64,000 nucleotides of DNA from an uncultured Candidatus Saccharibacteria bacterium (GTDB lineage: Bacteria; Patescibacteriota; Andersenbacteria; UBA10190), in assembly GCA_964372635.1 (NCBI GenBank), contig CAYJQW010000005.1, positions 44 through 64,043 on the forward strand, read 5' to 3'. The position numbers and the translations under genes were made by a program. A model generated the notes under the pieces. The model searched no databases and had not been told where the DNA came from. It saw only the letters and a program-made list of their open reading frames with translations. Shown one piece after another: positions 1-9,447 of the stretch (positions within the stretch are counted from its first letter, which is position 1; each line of letters begins with the position of its first letter).

Positions 1-238
1 CTGGTCTTATGATAGGCGAAACAATCATTTTTCTGATTGGAGTAAAAAAATCGGCACCGATTTAAATTTGCATTTAGAAAGCGTGATCTGTGCTAATTGT
101 GCTTTCCTAACCCAGAAAATTGAGGAGCAAGGGTTGTCTTTAAAGGAGCTAGTTGCGCGCCGTAAAGCCAAGCCTGATCCAAAAAGGGACTGATCAATTT
201 GTTTGACCAGTCCATTTTTTTAGTTTGCGAACTTTACT

Positions 239-1267
239 TCAGCCGGAAAGACAAAGATTAAACACTTTAATTTGTCCATTCATTTTTTTTACCATTTTAT
301 CCAGTTCTTCATTCAGGATATTTTGCTCAGCAATCGCCTTATTAAAGTCGGCAACTTGCTGATCAAAGGAAGATTTTTTAAGTTCAAATTCAGCTCGTTT
401 GTCATTAGCTTTGGCTTGCAAAGCTGCACCAGCCGTCCAATATGGCTGGGCAGCGTCATTGCCTTGTTCCTGTGCAACTTTGTTTCCCTCATTAATTTTT
501 TCATTGCCTTGGTCGGTAAGATCTGAAATTTCAGAGGCGAGAGCCTCGAGCATGGCTTTGTCACGATCTATTTCAAGGCGTCGCGCTTCAATTGCCACTG
601 CATTATTCTTGAAAGAGGTCTTTTTCTGGTCGAATGTTTTTTGTAAGTCGGCATCAATACCAGGGCAACTAGACAATGGCAGAGCAAATGTCTGCACGGC
701 CAGCCAAGTGTCACGTCCTTCAAACTGGCCGCGACCAACAGCAATACCAAGCTCGCTCATGCCGGCATGTAAAATATTGGCACGATGACCTGGTGAATCC
801 ATCCAAGCTTGAACAAGGTCGGCATCATCTTTGAAATTTCCCAGGGCTAGATTTTCACCGACTCGGATATATTCATAGCTCACGGCCTCTACAACATCGG
901 CTGGACCCTCACCGGTTGGTGATTCGTGGGCAAAATACTGACGGCTAAACATATCAGCCATTTTATTGGCGGCTGCTTTATTAAGTACACTATTACCCGT
1001 TAATGTTTTTAATCCTGCCTGAGTACGATGCTGATTTGTTTGTGCCAAAACACCAGCCACGGTGAGGGGAGTCTGCGCTAATTTAAGAGTAGACGCTACC
1101 CGGAGCGGTCCAGGAGTTATGACTTCTCTAGCTTGTTTAAGCGTCTCGGCAAAATCAACAACACTGTTTGGCGTCGTATATATATTTTTCTGTCCAATCC
1201 AAAACCAAAGTCCACCGACCGCTCCCGTCAATAAAAGTAAAAGAAGTAAGGCGTAAATAAATCGCAT
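239..1267 (-). CDS. Membrane-anchored CAP/SCP (YkwD-like) domain protein with long C-terminal coiled-coil
   Basis: Hydrophobic N-terminus MRFIYALLLLLLLTGAVGG. CAP-like block HESPTGEGP...GENLA...W..SPGHRANIL...GIAV. C-terminal third is Q/E/K-rich and predicted coiled-coil. Confidence 0.6.
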   Translation of the reverse strand: MRFIYALLLLLLLTGAVGGLWFWIGQKNIYTTPNSVVDFAETLKQAREVITPGPLRVASTLKLAQTPLTVAGVLAQTNQHRTQAGLKTLTGNSVLNKAAANKMADMFSRQYFAHESPTGEGPADVVEAVSYEYIRVGENLALGNFKDDADLVQAWMDSPGHRANILHAGMSELGIAVGRGQFEGRDTWLAVQTFALPLSSCPGIDADLQKTFDQKKTSFKNNAVAIEARRLEIDRDKAMLEALASEISDLTDQGNEKINEGNKVAQEQGNDAAQPYWTAGAALQAKANDKRAEFELKKSSFDQQVADFNKAIAEQNILNEELDKMVKKMNGQIKVFNLCLSG

Positions 1268-1370
1268 AAACCTACTATAAACCAGATTTTATGAGTAATA
1301 AAAACCCCCTACGTAACGGCTGTGTTTGTCTTACAGCCATAAGCGTTGAGGGTTTAAGAATCAGTGAATC

Positions 1371-1886
1371 TTAGCCGGCGATATATTCATGCCAAACAGG
1401 TGGAACAAATTGGTCAGGTTCGCGCAAATATTCCACTAGGGAGATGGAATCAATAACCTTTGTCGGCTCTGCAACGGTTAAACTGTGTACGTCATGAATA
1501 TCATTGATCAGCACTAAGTTGCCGTGTCGGCTGACAGTCATAGACAAGAGTAAGAAACCTCGCTCAAGTTTTCTGCGCAGCAGTTTTTTGGCCGGAGTCT
1601 TCATAAAATGAACCTGAAAAGAGTTCCAAGCTGGAATAGTAAGCCCGGCATATGTCCGAATGTTTTTGACCTTCATGGCGTTAGCTCTCGGACATAAATA
1701 CATAATCACTCTTTTTGTAAAGTACAATGGCCGGTCAATTTTCAGACCGACGGCCGTTCGGATATCGGCTGTGCAGTCCGAACCTACCCCCTTCCATGCC
1801 AACTCATCAATGAAATTTAGATCTTGGTCAGGCTGAATGTGAGAGAACATTATTGCGATCCTCCTCAAAAAAAGACCGTGTGACAT
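1371..1886 (-). CDS. Hypothetical protein (171 aa), divergent from the next gene
   Basis: Long ORF with no motif I recognise. Shares a ~200 bp divergent promoter region with the 2088..2663 gene. Confidence 0.35.
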   Translation of the reverse strand: MSHGLFLRRIAIMFSHIQPDQDLNFIDELAWKGVGSDCTADIRTAVGLKIDRPLYFTKRVIMYLCPRANAMKVKNIRTYAGLTIPAWNSFQVHFMKTPAKKLLRRKLERGFLLLSMTVSRHGNLVLINDIHDVHSLTVAEPTKVIDSISLVEYLREPDQFVPPVWHEYIAG

Positions 1887-2087
1887 GTGCTGAAAACCGA
1901 ATCAGCACCCGAAATTACCGTACTGCGGCTTGAATGAAGAATGCAAATAGATATGAGAGTAACTGCACAAAATATGTTGACTTTCACCACGCGGCCATAT
2001 TACGTTATGAGTCGTGACATCGTAAGCTTATTGTGCTATCGCGTTGTTTGGTCTGCACCTTTCACTTCCTATATTAAGGAGTCTAAT

Positions 2088-2663
2088 ATGGATACGGAAA
2101 ATGTGGGTCCGAATATAACTGTTGTCGTGGCCGAACTGCAAAAGCGTTTTTCTGTGCGGAATGCCCAACTGGTAGTTGATCGAGAATCAATTGATGACAT
2201 CGAAGGATTTGATTCTATCGGTCTGCCGGTTGCCGTAAAAATTGCTGGGTCCGATGTACCTATAACACTAGAGGAGAGCCTGAGTCCCGTCGACATTCCT
2301 TCCTCTATCGTTATTCCAAAAATGCCCTTGGCGGTTTTTTTGGATCCTAATCCGTACGCCGACCAGATAATTTTGGAGATTAATGTTGCCTTGAAGCATA
2401 TTCAGGTCTTAGTCGAACTTACAGATGCCGATAACTTGAATTTTTATCTGGAAAGAGATGTGTTTTTTGTATCGAGGCAGGTCGGTGACGGTGTCTCACT
2501 TGGTCAAGCAACCATCCAGCTTGATGTCGCAGTTCCAGATTTTAGTTTTCAAAGTTTCACCGATGAAGTGGCTCTAAAAAGTCTGTTTGCAGCTAACGAA
2601 CTTCAATTGATTTATGAAGCTGCAGCGCCCAGGCAGGGCATCAAGTTTCGTGAGTTCACTTAA
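2088..2663 (+). CDS. Hypothetical acidic cytoplasmic protein (192 aa from ATG 2088; ORF frame is open from 1941)
   Basis: AAGGAG at 2076-2081 sits 6 nt before ATG 2088. D/E-rich with no TM segment. Followed by a strong intrinsic terminator. Confidence 0.45.
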   Translation: MDTENVGPNITVVVAELQKRFSVRNAQLVVDRESIDDIEGFDSIGLPVAVKIAGSDVPITLEESLSPVDIPSSIVIPKMPLAVFLDPNPYADQIILEINVALKHIQVLVELTDADNLNFYLERDVFFVSRQVGDGVSLGQATIQLDVAVPDFSFQSFTDEVALKSLFAANELQLIYEAAAPRQGIKFREFT

Positions 2664-2694
2664 AGGATTTATTTCCATAGAAAAAAAGAATATT

Positions 2695-2726
2695 GCGTTA
2701 GGTTTTTTTCACCTAACGCTTTTTTT
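2695..2726 (+). terminator. Rho-independent terminator (9 bp stem gcgttaggt/acctaacgc followed by T7)
   Basis: Perfect inverted repeat at 2695-2703 and 2711-2719, then ttttttt at 2720-2726. An A-run upstream allows bidirectional function. Confidence 0.65.
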
Positions 2727-3187
2727 ATGATCTTATTTTAATTAATGGGAGGGACATGTTTTTATGTGGTTCGGATTATTGACCGAACTAGCAAGTATTA
2801 GGGATTGAAGCCCTGTGTCTAATTTATGGGGTCAGATCAAGGACGGGATTGATACCTGTGTGGCTGAGTCAAAACGTACCTGTGAGCTCTAGTGTTTTTT
2901 AGTCATTCTCCGCTCTGCTTTGGATGACAGTAAGCATATTAAGTATATTTAGCTAATAAATAGGTTCATTTTGGTAGTTGCAGATCATTTTAGAACCAGC
3001 CTGTCTTGAAAATTCCGCTTAATTAGGCTGATAGAGAAAATTTTAAATAAATTTGCTGGCTTATTTTTGCAACATCTAAAAAAGTGTTGTCAGGACCATA
3101 AAATTTCCATTTTGTAATGTTTATCTGTGGATATGTTGTCAATAATCGCAATTGTTTTACTACAGAGAGCAGGTATATTAAAAAGCT

Positions 3188-3886
3188 ATGTTTATTTGGG
3201 GGAATCGTTTTTTGCCTGCTCTAGTAGTAATTATATCTGTTTTATTTTTGGGTACAGCCGGCGCAGTGGAGGCCTCACATGTAGACCGGGAGCAGCAGCG
3301 CCTTGAACGGGAACAGCGCTCTGCCGAGCGTGATGCCGAACGGGCTCTCAGACGTGCTGAGCGTGAAGCTGAACAAATAGCACGGGAAGAAAAAAGAAAT
3401 CAGGAAGAGGTAAAAGTGCCAACCTGTACTTGCCGTGCCAGTATAAGTTTTTCCCGGCCACAACAGCTTACTTTTCTTAACAACATTCTGACTTTTAAGC
3501 CGAGGCTAGATCTTAGAATCAGTTCCCGTGGTGATGCTGATGCACCAATGTGGCAAGCCAACATGTTGTCTTCAGGTCGTGCCACTTTTTCATCTGGAGA
3601 CATAGCTACGCCGCCTGATTCTAATTTTGAATTCAATAACAGTACAAATGAATTTCCATGTGGCACTACCTATAACCACAGTGGACTTGCTCTTGGCGGG
3701 GTGTCTTTATCAGGAGTTATGCGCACTCTGCTGGGTTTTGATAAAAATCTCAAGGGCACGATTATTATGAGCACCACACTGACAATTCCATCTTGTCAAC
3801 TTGAAGAAATGGTAATGAAGCAGTTTAGCTTTTCACTTACGGGAGCAAACAGCGCGCGGTTGGGTAGCTGGCGTTCGGTGCGCTAA
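3188..3886 (+). CDS. Secreted hypothetical protein with charged helical segment (RE/EQ-rich) and Cys-containing C-terminal domain
   Basis: N-terminal signal/TM LPALVVIISVLFLGTAGAVEA, then REQQRLEREQRSAERDAERALRRAEREAEQIAREEKR. Lies downstream of a ~500 bp AT-rich non-coding region. Confidence 0.45.
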   Translation: MFIWGNRFLPALVVIISVLFLGTAGAVEASHVDREQQRLEREQRSAERDAERALRRAEREAEQIAREEKRNQEEVKVPTCTCRASISFSRPQQLTFLNNILTFKPRLDLRISSRGDADAPMWQANMLSSGRATFSSGDIATPPDSNFEFNNSTNEFPCGTTYNHSGLALGGVSLSGVMRTLLGFDKNLKGTIIMSTTLTIPSCQLEEMVMKQFSFSLTGANSARLGSWRSVR

Positions 3887-4099
3887 ATGTGCTTATGCAC
3901 ATATTGTGGATAACGAGTACCTTGTCAGGCTCTTGTGCTGTGTTATCACTAAATAGAAGTCAAATCCGTGTGTTTTTAGGGGGAAGGGACTAGAGGCACA
4001 GTATTAATATCTGTGTTTTTTTATATCCATGCGAAACATGCGTATCTGTAAAATGACAATCATCAATACTCTGAAACTTTTGAAAGGAGGTGAGTACAG

Positions 4100-5236
4100 A
4101 TGATGACTAACCTAAAGAAGATTCTCTTCAGTGTATCTGCGCTCGCCTTTGCTTTTGCCATCACGGCTGCGCCAGTTATGGCTGCCGAGGTAGACGTAGA
4201 AGGGAACAACACGAACACTGGAGCTGACTCAGACAACGACAACGACTTCGATATTGACAACGACGTAGATGTTGACGTTGATAATGACGCTGACATCGAT
4301 AACGATGCTGACGTCGACGCCGATACTGGTGATAACGAACAAAATGAAAACACTAATGCCGGCGACCTCGAATCCGGGGTTGTGGACTTGTCAGGTGAGT
4401 GGGAAACCATCGTAAATGGTGGTGCTTCACTCTTGAGTGCTAGTACTGGAGATTTAGATGTCGAAGCCGACTTCGTAAACGACACAACTGGTGCTGACTC
4501 AGACAACGACAACGATCTTGACGTTGATAACGATGTTGATCTCGACTTGGACAATATAGCCGACATCGTGAACGATCTCGACTATGACGCCGATACTGGT
4601 GATAACGAACAAAATGAAAACACTAATGCCGGCAGTCTAATGTCGGGTGACGCTTCATTAATGTTTGACATCTTTAACGAAGCTAACAACGATGCTGGAT
4701 TCGCTGGCGCCGCTGGTAGCGACGTGATAATTGATGTCATTGGTGAGAACAACACCACAGGTTCCGATTCAGACAATAGCAACGACTTCGATATTGACAA
4801 CGACTTCGACTATAGTGTCGATAACGATGCTGATATTGATAATGATGTTGATGTAGACATCGACACTGGTGATAACGAGCAAAACGAAAACACCAATGCC
4901 GGTGACTTAAAGTCTGGCAAAGCCGAAGTGGTAGTGTCTCTCAACAATTCCGCCAATAACGGAAGTAGCGCCTCTAGTGCATATACAGGAAATCTCGGTG
5001 TAAAAGCCGACTTCTTAAACGACACAACTGGTGCTGACTCAGACAACGACAACGACCTCGACGTTGATAACGACGTAGATGTTGATGTTGATAATGACGC
5101 TGACATCGATAACGATGTTGACGTTGATGCCAACACTGGTGATAACGAACAAAACGAAAACACCAATGCAGGCAGTACAAAATCAGGAGATGTGAGCATT
5201 GAGCTCAACATTTCTAACGAAGCTAACAACAGCTAG
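4100..5236 (+). CDS. Secreted, extremely acidic tandem-repeat protein (poly Asp-x-Asp/Asn tracts; 4 repeats of ~90 aa)
   Basis: Strong RBS aaaggaggtg 7 nt upstream. Signal peptide ending AAPVMA|AE. Four repeats each carry SDNDND(F/L)D(I/V)DNDVDVDVDNDADIDND.DVDA(D/N)TGDNEQNENTNAG. Confidence 0.75.
   Translation: MMTNLKKILFSVSALAFAFAITAAPVMAAEVDVEGNNTNTGADSDNDNDFDIDNDVDVDVDNDADIDNDADVDADTGDNEQNENTNAGDLESGVVDLSGEWETIVNGGASLLSASTGDLDVEADFVNDTTGADSDNDNDLDVDNDVDLDLDNIADIVNDLDYDADTGDNEQNENTNAGSLMSGDASLMFDIFNEANNDAGFAGAAGSDVIIDVIGENNTTGSDSDNSNDFDIDNDFDYSVDNDADIDNDVDVDIDTGDNEQNENTNAGDLKSGKAEVVVSLNNSANNGSSASSAYTGNLGVKADFLNDTTGADSDNDNDLDVDNDVDVDVDNDADIDNDVDVDANTGDNEQNENTNAGSTKSGDVSIELNISNEANNS
4212..5180 (+). 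repeat. Four tandem ~270 bp near-identical DNA repeats inside the acidic protein gene
   Basis: Units start near 4212, 4488, 4758 and 5028 (periods 276, 270, 270). The first and fourth units are almost identical at nucleotide level, e.g. ggtgataacgaacaaaa(t/c)gaaaacac(t/c)aatgc. Confidence 0.7.
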
Positions 5237-5264
5237 TTTACTAACTGTAAGTGACCTTCGTGTC

Positions 5265-5292
5265 AGGAGGGTAAGTGTCTACTTACCCTCCT
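5265..5292 (+). terminator. Perfect 12 bp hairpin (aggagggtaagt-gtct-acttaccctcct) 30 nt after the stop; terminator-like, no U-tract
   Basis: Inverted repeat read directly. No T-run follows, so it may be a stability element or a leaky terminator between two co-directional surface-protein genes. Confidence 0.4.
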
Positions 5293-5387
5293 CCACGAGC
5301 GTCAAATGGTATAGTAGGGCGCTTTAACAATGAATTAACTGTAGAAATCTAGTGTAAGAAACAGGATCAATAAAAAATAATCTTCCT

Positions 5388-8300
5388 ATGATTCACCTAA
5401 AATTAAAAAGAATATATCTGAAAAAAACCGCAGCTGTTTTTATCATACTATGGTTTAGTCTACTGCCAACTGTCTCAGCTCTGGCTCAGGATGCCGTTGA
5501 CGCCAACGGTAATCCAACTGGTCCAACGGGCCCAACTGGTCCAAAAGGCCCAACTGGTGCTCCAGCATGTACTGGCGCTGGTTGTGGACAAGGAGTAGGA
5601 CAGGGTGAAAATCAAGGCGGGCCGAGCTCGGCTGATTTAGGTGCGGATGAAAACGGAAATTTACCTGAAGGTGTTGTCGACACAAGACAAGGCGCAAATC
5701 AGGGTAAATCTCAGGGCATAGTCAATGGTACGACTGCCACTAACAGTAATACTGGTTCAGGATCAAGCAATACAATTGACTCAGACACAAATAACTCGTC
5801 CTCGGCTACAACAAATAATACTGTCGCTGATAACACTGCGGCGACGGCAACGGCTACAACTGGCAGCAACACACAAAGCAAAAACACTAGTGCCAACGGG
5901 ATAACTTCTGGGAACGCCAGTATCAGTGCGACGGTTGTCAAAACAGATAACACGGCAACAATTGGCGGAACTGCTGGTTTATCTTCACAGCAATATGCCG
6001 GCACCTACAATGGTGATTATGCCGTCGGTTTTGGTGCCGGCACGGCGGCCCTGACTGGTGCCAGCGGGCCAAAATCATATCAGCTGACAAATCAGGTGAC
6101 CGGTTCTAATTCAACTAATGACATTAACGTTTTTACTACCTTAGAAGAACTGGTTGAAGTGCAAAATGATGGCAAGATAAATAATGATCTTAATGTTACG
6201 GCCGACACTGGTAATAATGCGGCCAACGAAAACACCGGTAATGGCTCGATCGTCACAGGCAATGCTAATGTGGCCGCAACTTTGGTTAATTTACTGAATA
6301 CAACTATCATCAACGGCGACCTCTGGATAACGGTCGCGGACATTTTCGGCAATTTGCAAGGCAATATCAATATTCCGGCTATGGCCAGCTATTTCTCAGG
6401 AGTTGTCGGTGGCGGCCTGGCTCTTGATGCCGGCAATTTAACCACCGGCTCAGACTCGCTTAACACGATTGCTGTTGATATAGATGATGTTGAGACATTT
6501 GATGTTACCAATGATGCTAAAATAAAAACAGCCGTTAATGCCACAGCGAATACGGGTAACAACGACACTATCTCTAACACCGGCGGCGGCTCGATCAATA
6601 CCGGCAATGCATCTGTGGCTGCCAGCAATGTTACGTTGGCTAACACAACGATTGAAGGCGGCAACTGGGGACTGTTTGTGGTCAATGCTCTGAACGGTTT
6701 TCTTGGTTTTTTGGTCGGTGACAACGGCAGTGTTAAAGCTCTCTCCCAAGATGAAACAATTCGTGAAATTACCGCTTATAATGACACTACCGGCGCAAAT
6801 TCTGTTAACACCATTGCAGTTACTGATGAACAGACACGAACCACAACCGTCGACAATGACGCTACAATCACCAATACAATCACGGCACTAGCTAATACCG
6901 GTGATAACGACGCTAATAGAAATACCGGTCAGGGAATTATTTCTACTGGGGATGCCGCTATTACTGCTTCAGCGATAAACATTGCGAATACAACAGTTAA
7001 AGATGGTTCTCTCTTTATTGCGGTTGTCAATGTCTTTGGTGATTGGTTTGGTGAACTTTTCTATGGTGGCAGCTCGCTGGCTCAAGCTGCAGCCAGCCAA
7101 GCGGCTGCCAATCAGGAAATTTCCCTAAACGTTGAGAATAATTCCACAGGATCTGAATCAACTAACACAGTTGATGTTGATGTTGATCGCTCGCATACGA
7201 CAACCATTACTAATGATGCTGACCTAGAATTTTCTCTTACGGCGGATGTGAATACCGGTGGTAATCGAGCTAATAAGAATACATTAGGGGCTAGTATTGA
7301 TACAGGTAATGCATTCTTAGCTCAGTACTCCCGAGCGGTAGCCAACGTGACCGGCGTGGCTGGTCCGGGCGGTCTGATTGTAAACGCCGACTTCACAAAT
7401 TCGGAAACTGGCTTTGATTCTAAAAATACTATCCGTGCCGATATTAATGACGAGCGAATTATCACTATCACAAATAACGCCAATCTCAACACCCTGCTTG
7501 GGTCATTAATTACTCCGGCGCTTGTTAATACCGGCCGCAATGAAGCCAATCAGAATACAATTGGTGGTGGTATTCAAACCGGCAACGTCAATGTTGATGC
7601 GGTGATTGCTAATCTCGTGAATAAAGTCCTAATCGCCTTGTCCGGAGAAGGGGTCGAGATCGATGCTACTTTTGTAAACACGTTGACAGGTGCCTTATCA
7701 ACCAATCTTAATGATCTGAATGCGGTGCGAACAGTACTCGCCACAGTGCTCAGTGATGCTGTCATAGACAATATTATTAACCTGTTGCTAAACACCGGCG
7801 CCAATATGTCTAATGAAAACACTAGTGCCAGCCTATCTGGTGCTGACGGCTTTAGTGCTCAAGCGACAGGTAGCGGCTCATCAATTGCCACTGGTGATAT
7901 TTGCGTAAACGGTGTGGTCACTAATAATGCTAATGCGTTTGGTATAAACGTAGATATTTCACAGAATGTAGATAATAACACCATCATCAATAATGATGTG
8001 ACCATTGACTCTACTACGGGCCAAAACGAGCAAAATAGAAATACTAGCGGTGCTCAAAATAATTCGACTGGAACCTGTGCGAAGTTAGCTCAAGTGCCAC
8101 CTGACAATAATCCACCAATGACTGGTGGAACGATCACACCACCACCTGTCGGTGGTGGTTCGGTAAATAGCACTGAGGTAGAGGCAGAAGACAGCGTCAG
8201 TGAAAGTGGTGCAGATAGTCAACCAATCGTGGCTGGTGTGTCATCGGCAAAAACACGGGTCGGATCTAATAGTATTCTTAAGCGTTTTCCGGTGGCGGGT

Positions 8301-8453
8301 AGTGAATCAATAGCTAAGTGGCTCTCAGGGTATCGAAATCCCGCTTGGCTGTATTTTTTAATTTCAGCCTTAGCTCTAGCAATCGTAGCCTCTTACTGTG
8401 ACAAAAAAGCACGGCAAGCCTTAGTTCTACCTGTGCCGATTGAAGCTGTCTAA
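5388..8453 (+). CDS. Large (1021 aa) secreted T/N/G-rich repeat surface protein with N-terminal collagen-like GPT triplets and a C-terminal TM anchor
   Basis: Signal peptide, then GNPTGPTGPTGPKGPTGAP. At least 7 divergent ~110 aa repeats carry (A/V)(D/N)TG.N.AN.NTG.G.I.TGNA.VAA...N.ANTT. The C-terminus AWLYFLISALALAIVASY plus CDKKARQ forms a TM anchor; no LPXTG motif. Confidence 0.7.
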   Translation: MIHLKLKRIYLKKTAAVFIILWFSLLPTVSALAQDAVDANGNPTGPTGPTGPKGPTGAPACTGAGCGQGVGQGENQGGPSSADLGADENGNLPEGVVDTRQGANQGKSQGIVNGTTATNSNTGSGSSNTIDSDTNNSSSATTNNTVADNTAATATATTGSNTQSKNTSANGITSGNASISATVVKTDNTATIGGTAGLSSQQYAGTYNGDYAVGFGAGTAALTGASGPKSYQLTNQVTGSNSTNDINVFTTLEELVEVQNDGKINNDLNVTADTGNNAANENTGNGSIVTGNANVAATLVNLLNTTIINGDLWITVADIFGNLQGNINIPAMASYFSGVVGGGLALDAGNLTTGSDSLNTIAVDIDDVETFDVTNDAKIKTAVNATANTGNNDTISNTGGGSINTGNASVAASNVTLANTTIEGGNWGLFVVNALNGFLGFLVGDNGSVKALSQDETIREITAYNDTTGANSVNTIAVTDEQTRTTTVDNDATITNTITALANTGDNDANRNTGQGIISTGDAAITASAINIANTTVKDGSLFIAVVNVFGDWFGELFYGGSSLAQAAASQAAANQEISLNVENNSTGSESTNTVDVDVDRSHTTTITNDADLEFSLTADVNTGGNRANKNTLGASIDTGNAFLAQYSRAVANVTGVAGPGGLIVNADFTNSETGFDSKNTIRADINDERIITITNNANLNTLLGSLITPALVNTGRNEANQNTIGGGIQTGNVNVDAVIANLVNKVLIALSGEGVEIDATFVNTLTGALSTNLNDLNAVRTVLATVLSDAVIDNIINLLLNTGANMSNENTSASLSGADGFSAQATGSGSSIATGDICVNGVVTNNANAFGINVDISQNVDNNTIINNDVTIDSTTGQNEQNRNTSGAQNNSTGTCAKLAQVPPDNNPPMTGGTITPPPVGGGSVNSTEVEAEDSVSESGADSQPIVAGVSSAKTRVGSNSILKRFPVAGSESIAKWLSGYRNPAWLYFLISALALAIVASYCDKKARQALVLPVPIEAV

Positions 8454-8510
8454 CTGATATTAGATAAAACTTGTCAGGAAACTTTGGGCGTTGTAAACTG
8501 ATGCGTTACC

Positions 8511-9425
8511 ATGAATAAATTGACTAACAAACAATTGAGTTGGATCTTAGCAGGAACTGTTGTCACTCTATTCATTGTGTTAGCGCTTGGTTTTCAACAA
8601 AGATCACTCCGTCAGGGACAAGTAATTCGAGCTGCCTTAGATAAATTAACGATTACTGAATCCCTCCACGCTAAAGCCGATTTTACTATGCATCTACCTA
8701 AGCGATTACGAAATATTCAGCGGCCATTTCGAGAAGTGCATGTAACTATTGAGGGGGATGTTAAAAAAGATGAAACTAATTTTCCACAGATAACCGGTAA
8801 ACTAAACGGAGACTTGACGGGCCCCGGTAATACATTCTTCTTTAACGGTGATGTACGTATTTTCAATGACGCCGTCGCTTTTCATTTGGTTGACTTTCCT
8901 GCTCTTTTAAATCCTCGCGGAACATTGTCGAACCGATGGACATATGTACCGACGAGTCTGCTCTCGACAAAAAATGGCAGTGATGTAACAAGAGAACTCA
9001 AAGACCTAGCTTCAAACTTAAAGTATAAAGGCACTAAAAAAATATCAGGTATTTCGGCCTATCATTACACCGGATCATTTTCAGCTGAACAAGAACAGAC
9101 TTTAAGTACTATATTGGGCCGGGCAATATCAGGGAATTTGGCCCTTGATGTCATCGCTCGACTACTTGCCGCAAATAATGTGAAATCATTTGACCTTTAT
9201 GTAAATACTAAAACCAATGAAATCACCCGACTGGCAATTAATTTTGTGCGACCCCTGACTAACGGTTCTGAAGTTTCAGTTGTCGATCTTAACCTTTCTT
9301 TTACGGATTATGGAAAGAAGGTTTCCATTGACCGGCCAGAGGAACAAGCAAAGGCCAGACCAGAAATCTTTGCCAAGCTGTTTGGCACGTCGAATGTTGG
9401 TTCTGTAACTGTTGAAGCTAATTAA
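8511..9425 (+). CDS. Signal-anchored extracytoplasmic hypothetical protein (304 aa)
   Basis: Single N-terminal TM (SWILAGTVVTLFIVLALGF), then a soluble domain with no motif I recognise. Confidence 0.5.
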   Translation: MNKLTNKQLSWILAGTVVTLFIVLALGFQQRSLRQGQVIRAALDKLTITESLHAKADFTMHLPKRLRNIQRPFREVHVTIEGDVKKDETNFPQITGKLNGDLTGPGNTFFFNGDVRIFNDAVAFHLVDFPALLNPRGTLSNRWTYVPTSLLSTKNGSDVTRELKDLASNLKYKGTKKISGISAYHYTGSFSAEQEQTLSTILGRAISGNLALDVIARLLAANNVKSFDLYVNTKTNEITRLAINFVRPLTNGSEVSVVDLNLSFTDYGKKVSIDRPEEQAKARPEIFAKLFGTSNVGSVTVEAN

Positions 9426-9447
9426 TTTTAAGTAATTACCTGATCTC

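Noticed and set aside
4063-5229. Minus-strand ORFs (4063..4566, 4582..4800, 4810..5229, 4974..5180) rich in Ser/Leu/Thr inside the acidic repeat gene
   Set aside because: They are reverse-complement shadows of GAC/GAT/AAC-rich codons (read as GTC/ATC/GTT). They carry no RBS and mirror the repeat periodicity. The plus-strand gene has a strong RBS and signal peptide.
5455-7822. Several 75-111 aa minus-strand ORFs inside the 1021 aa repeat protein gene
   Set aside because: Antisense shadows of a compositionally biased gene. No independent start signals.
8200-8453. Sortase (LPXTG) sorting signal at the C-terminus of the 1021 aa protein
   Set aside because: There is a TM helix plus a basic patch (CDKKARQ), but no LPXTG-like pentapeptide precedes it. 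About 18 residues follow the basic patch, unlike canonical signals. I call it a plain C-terminal TM anchor.
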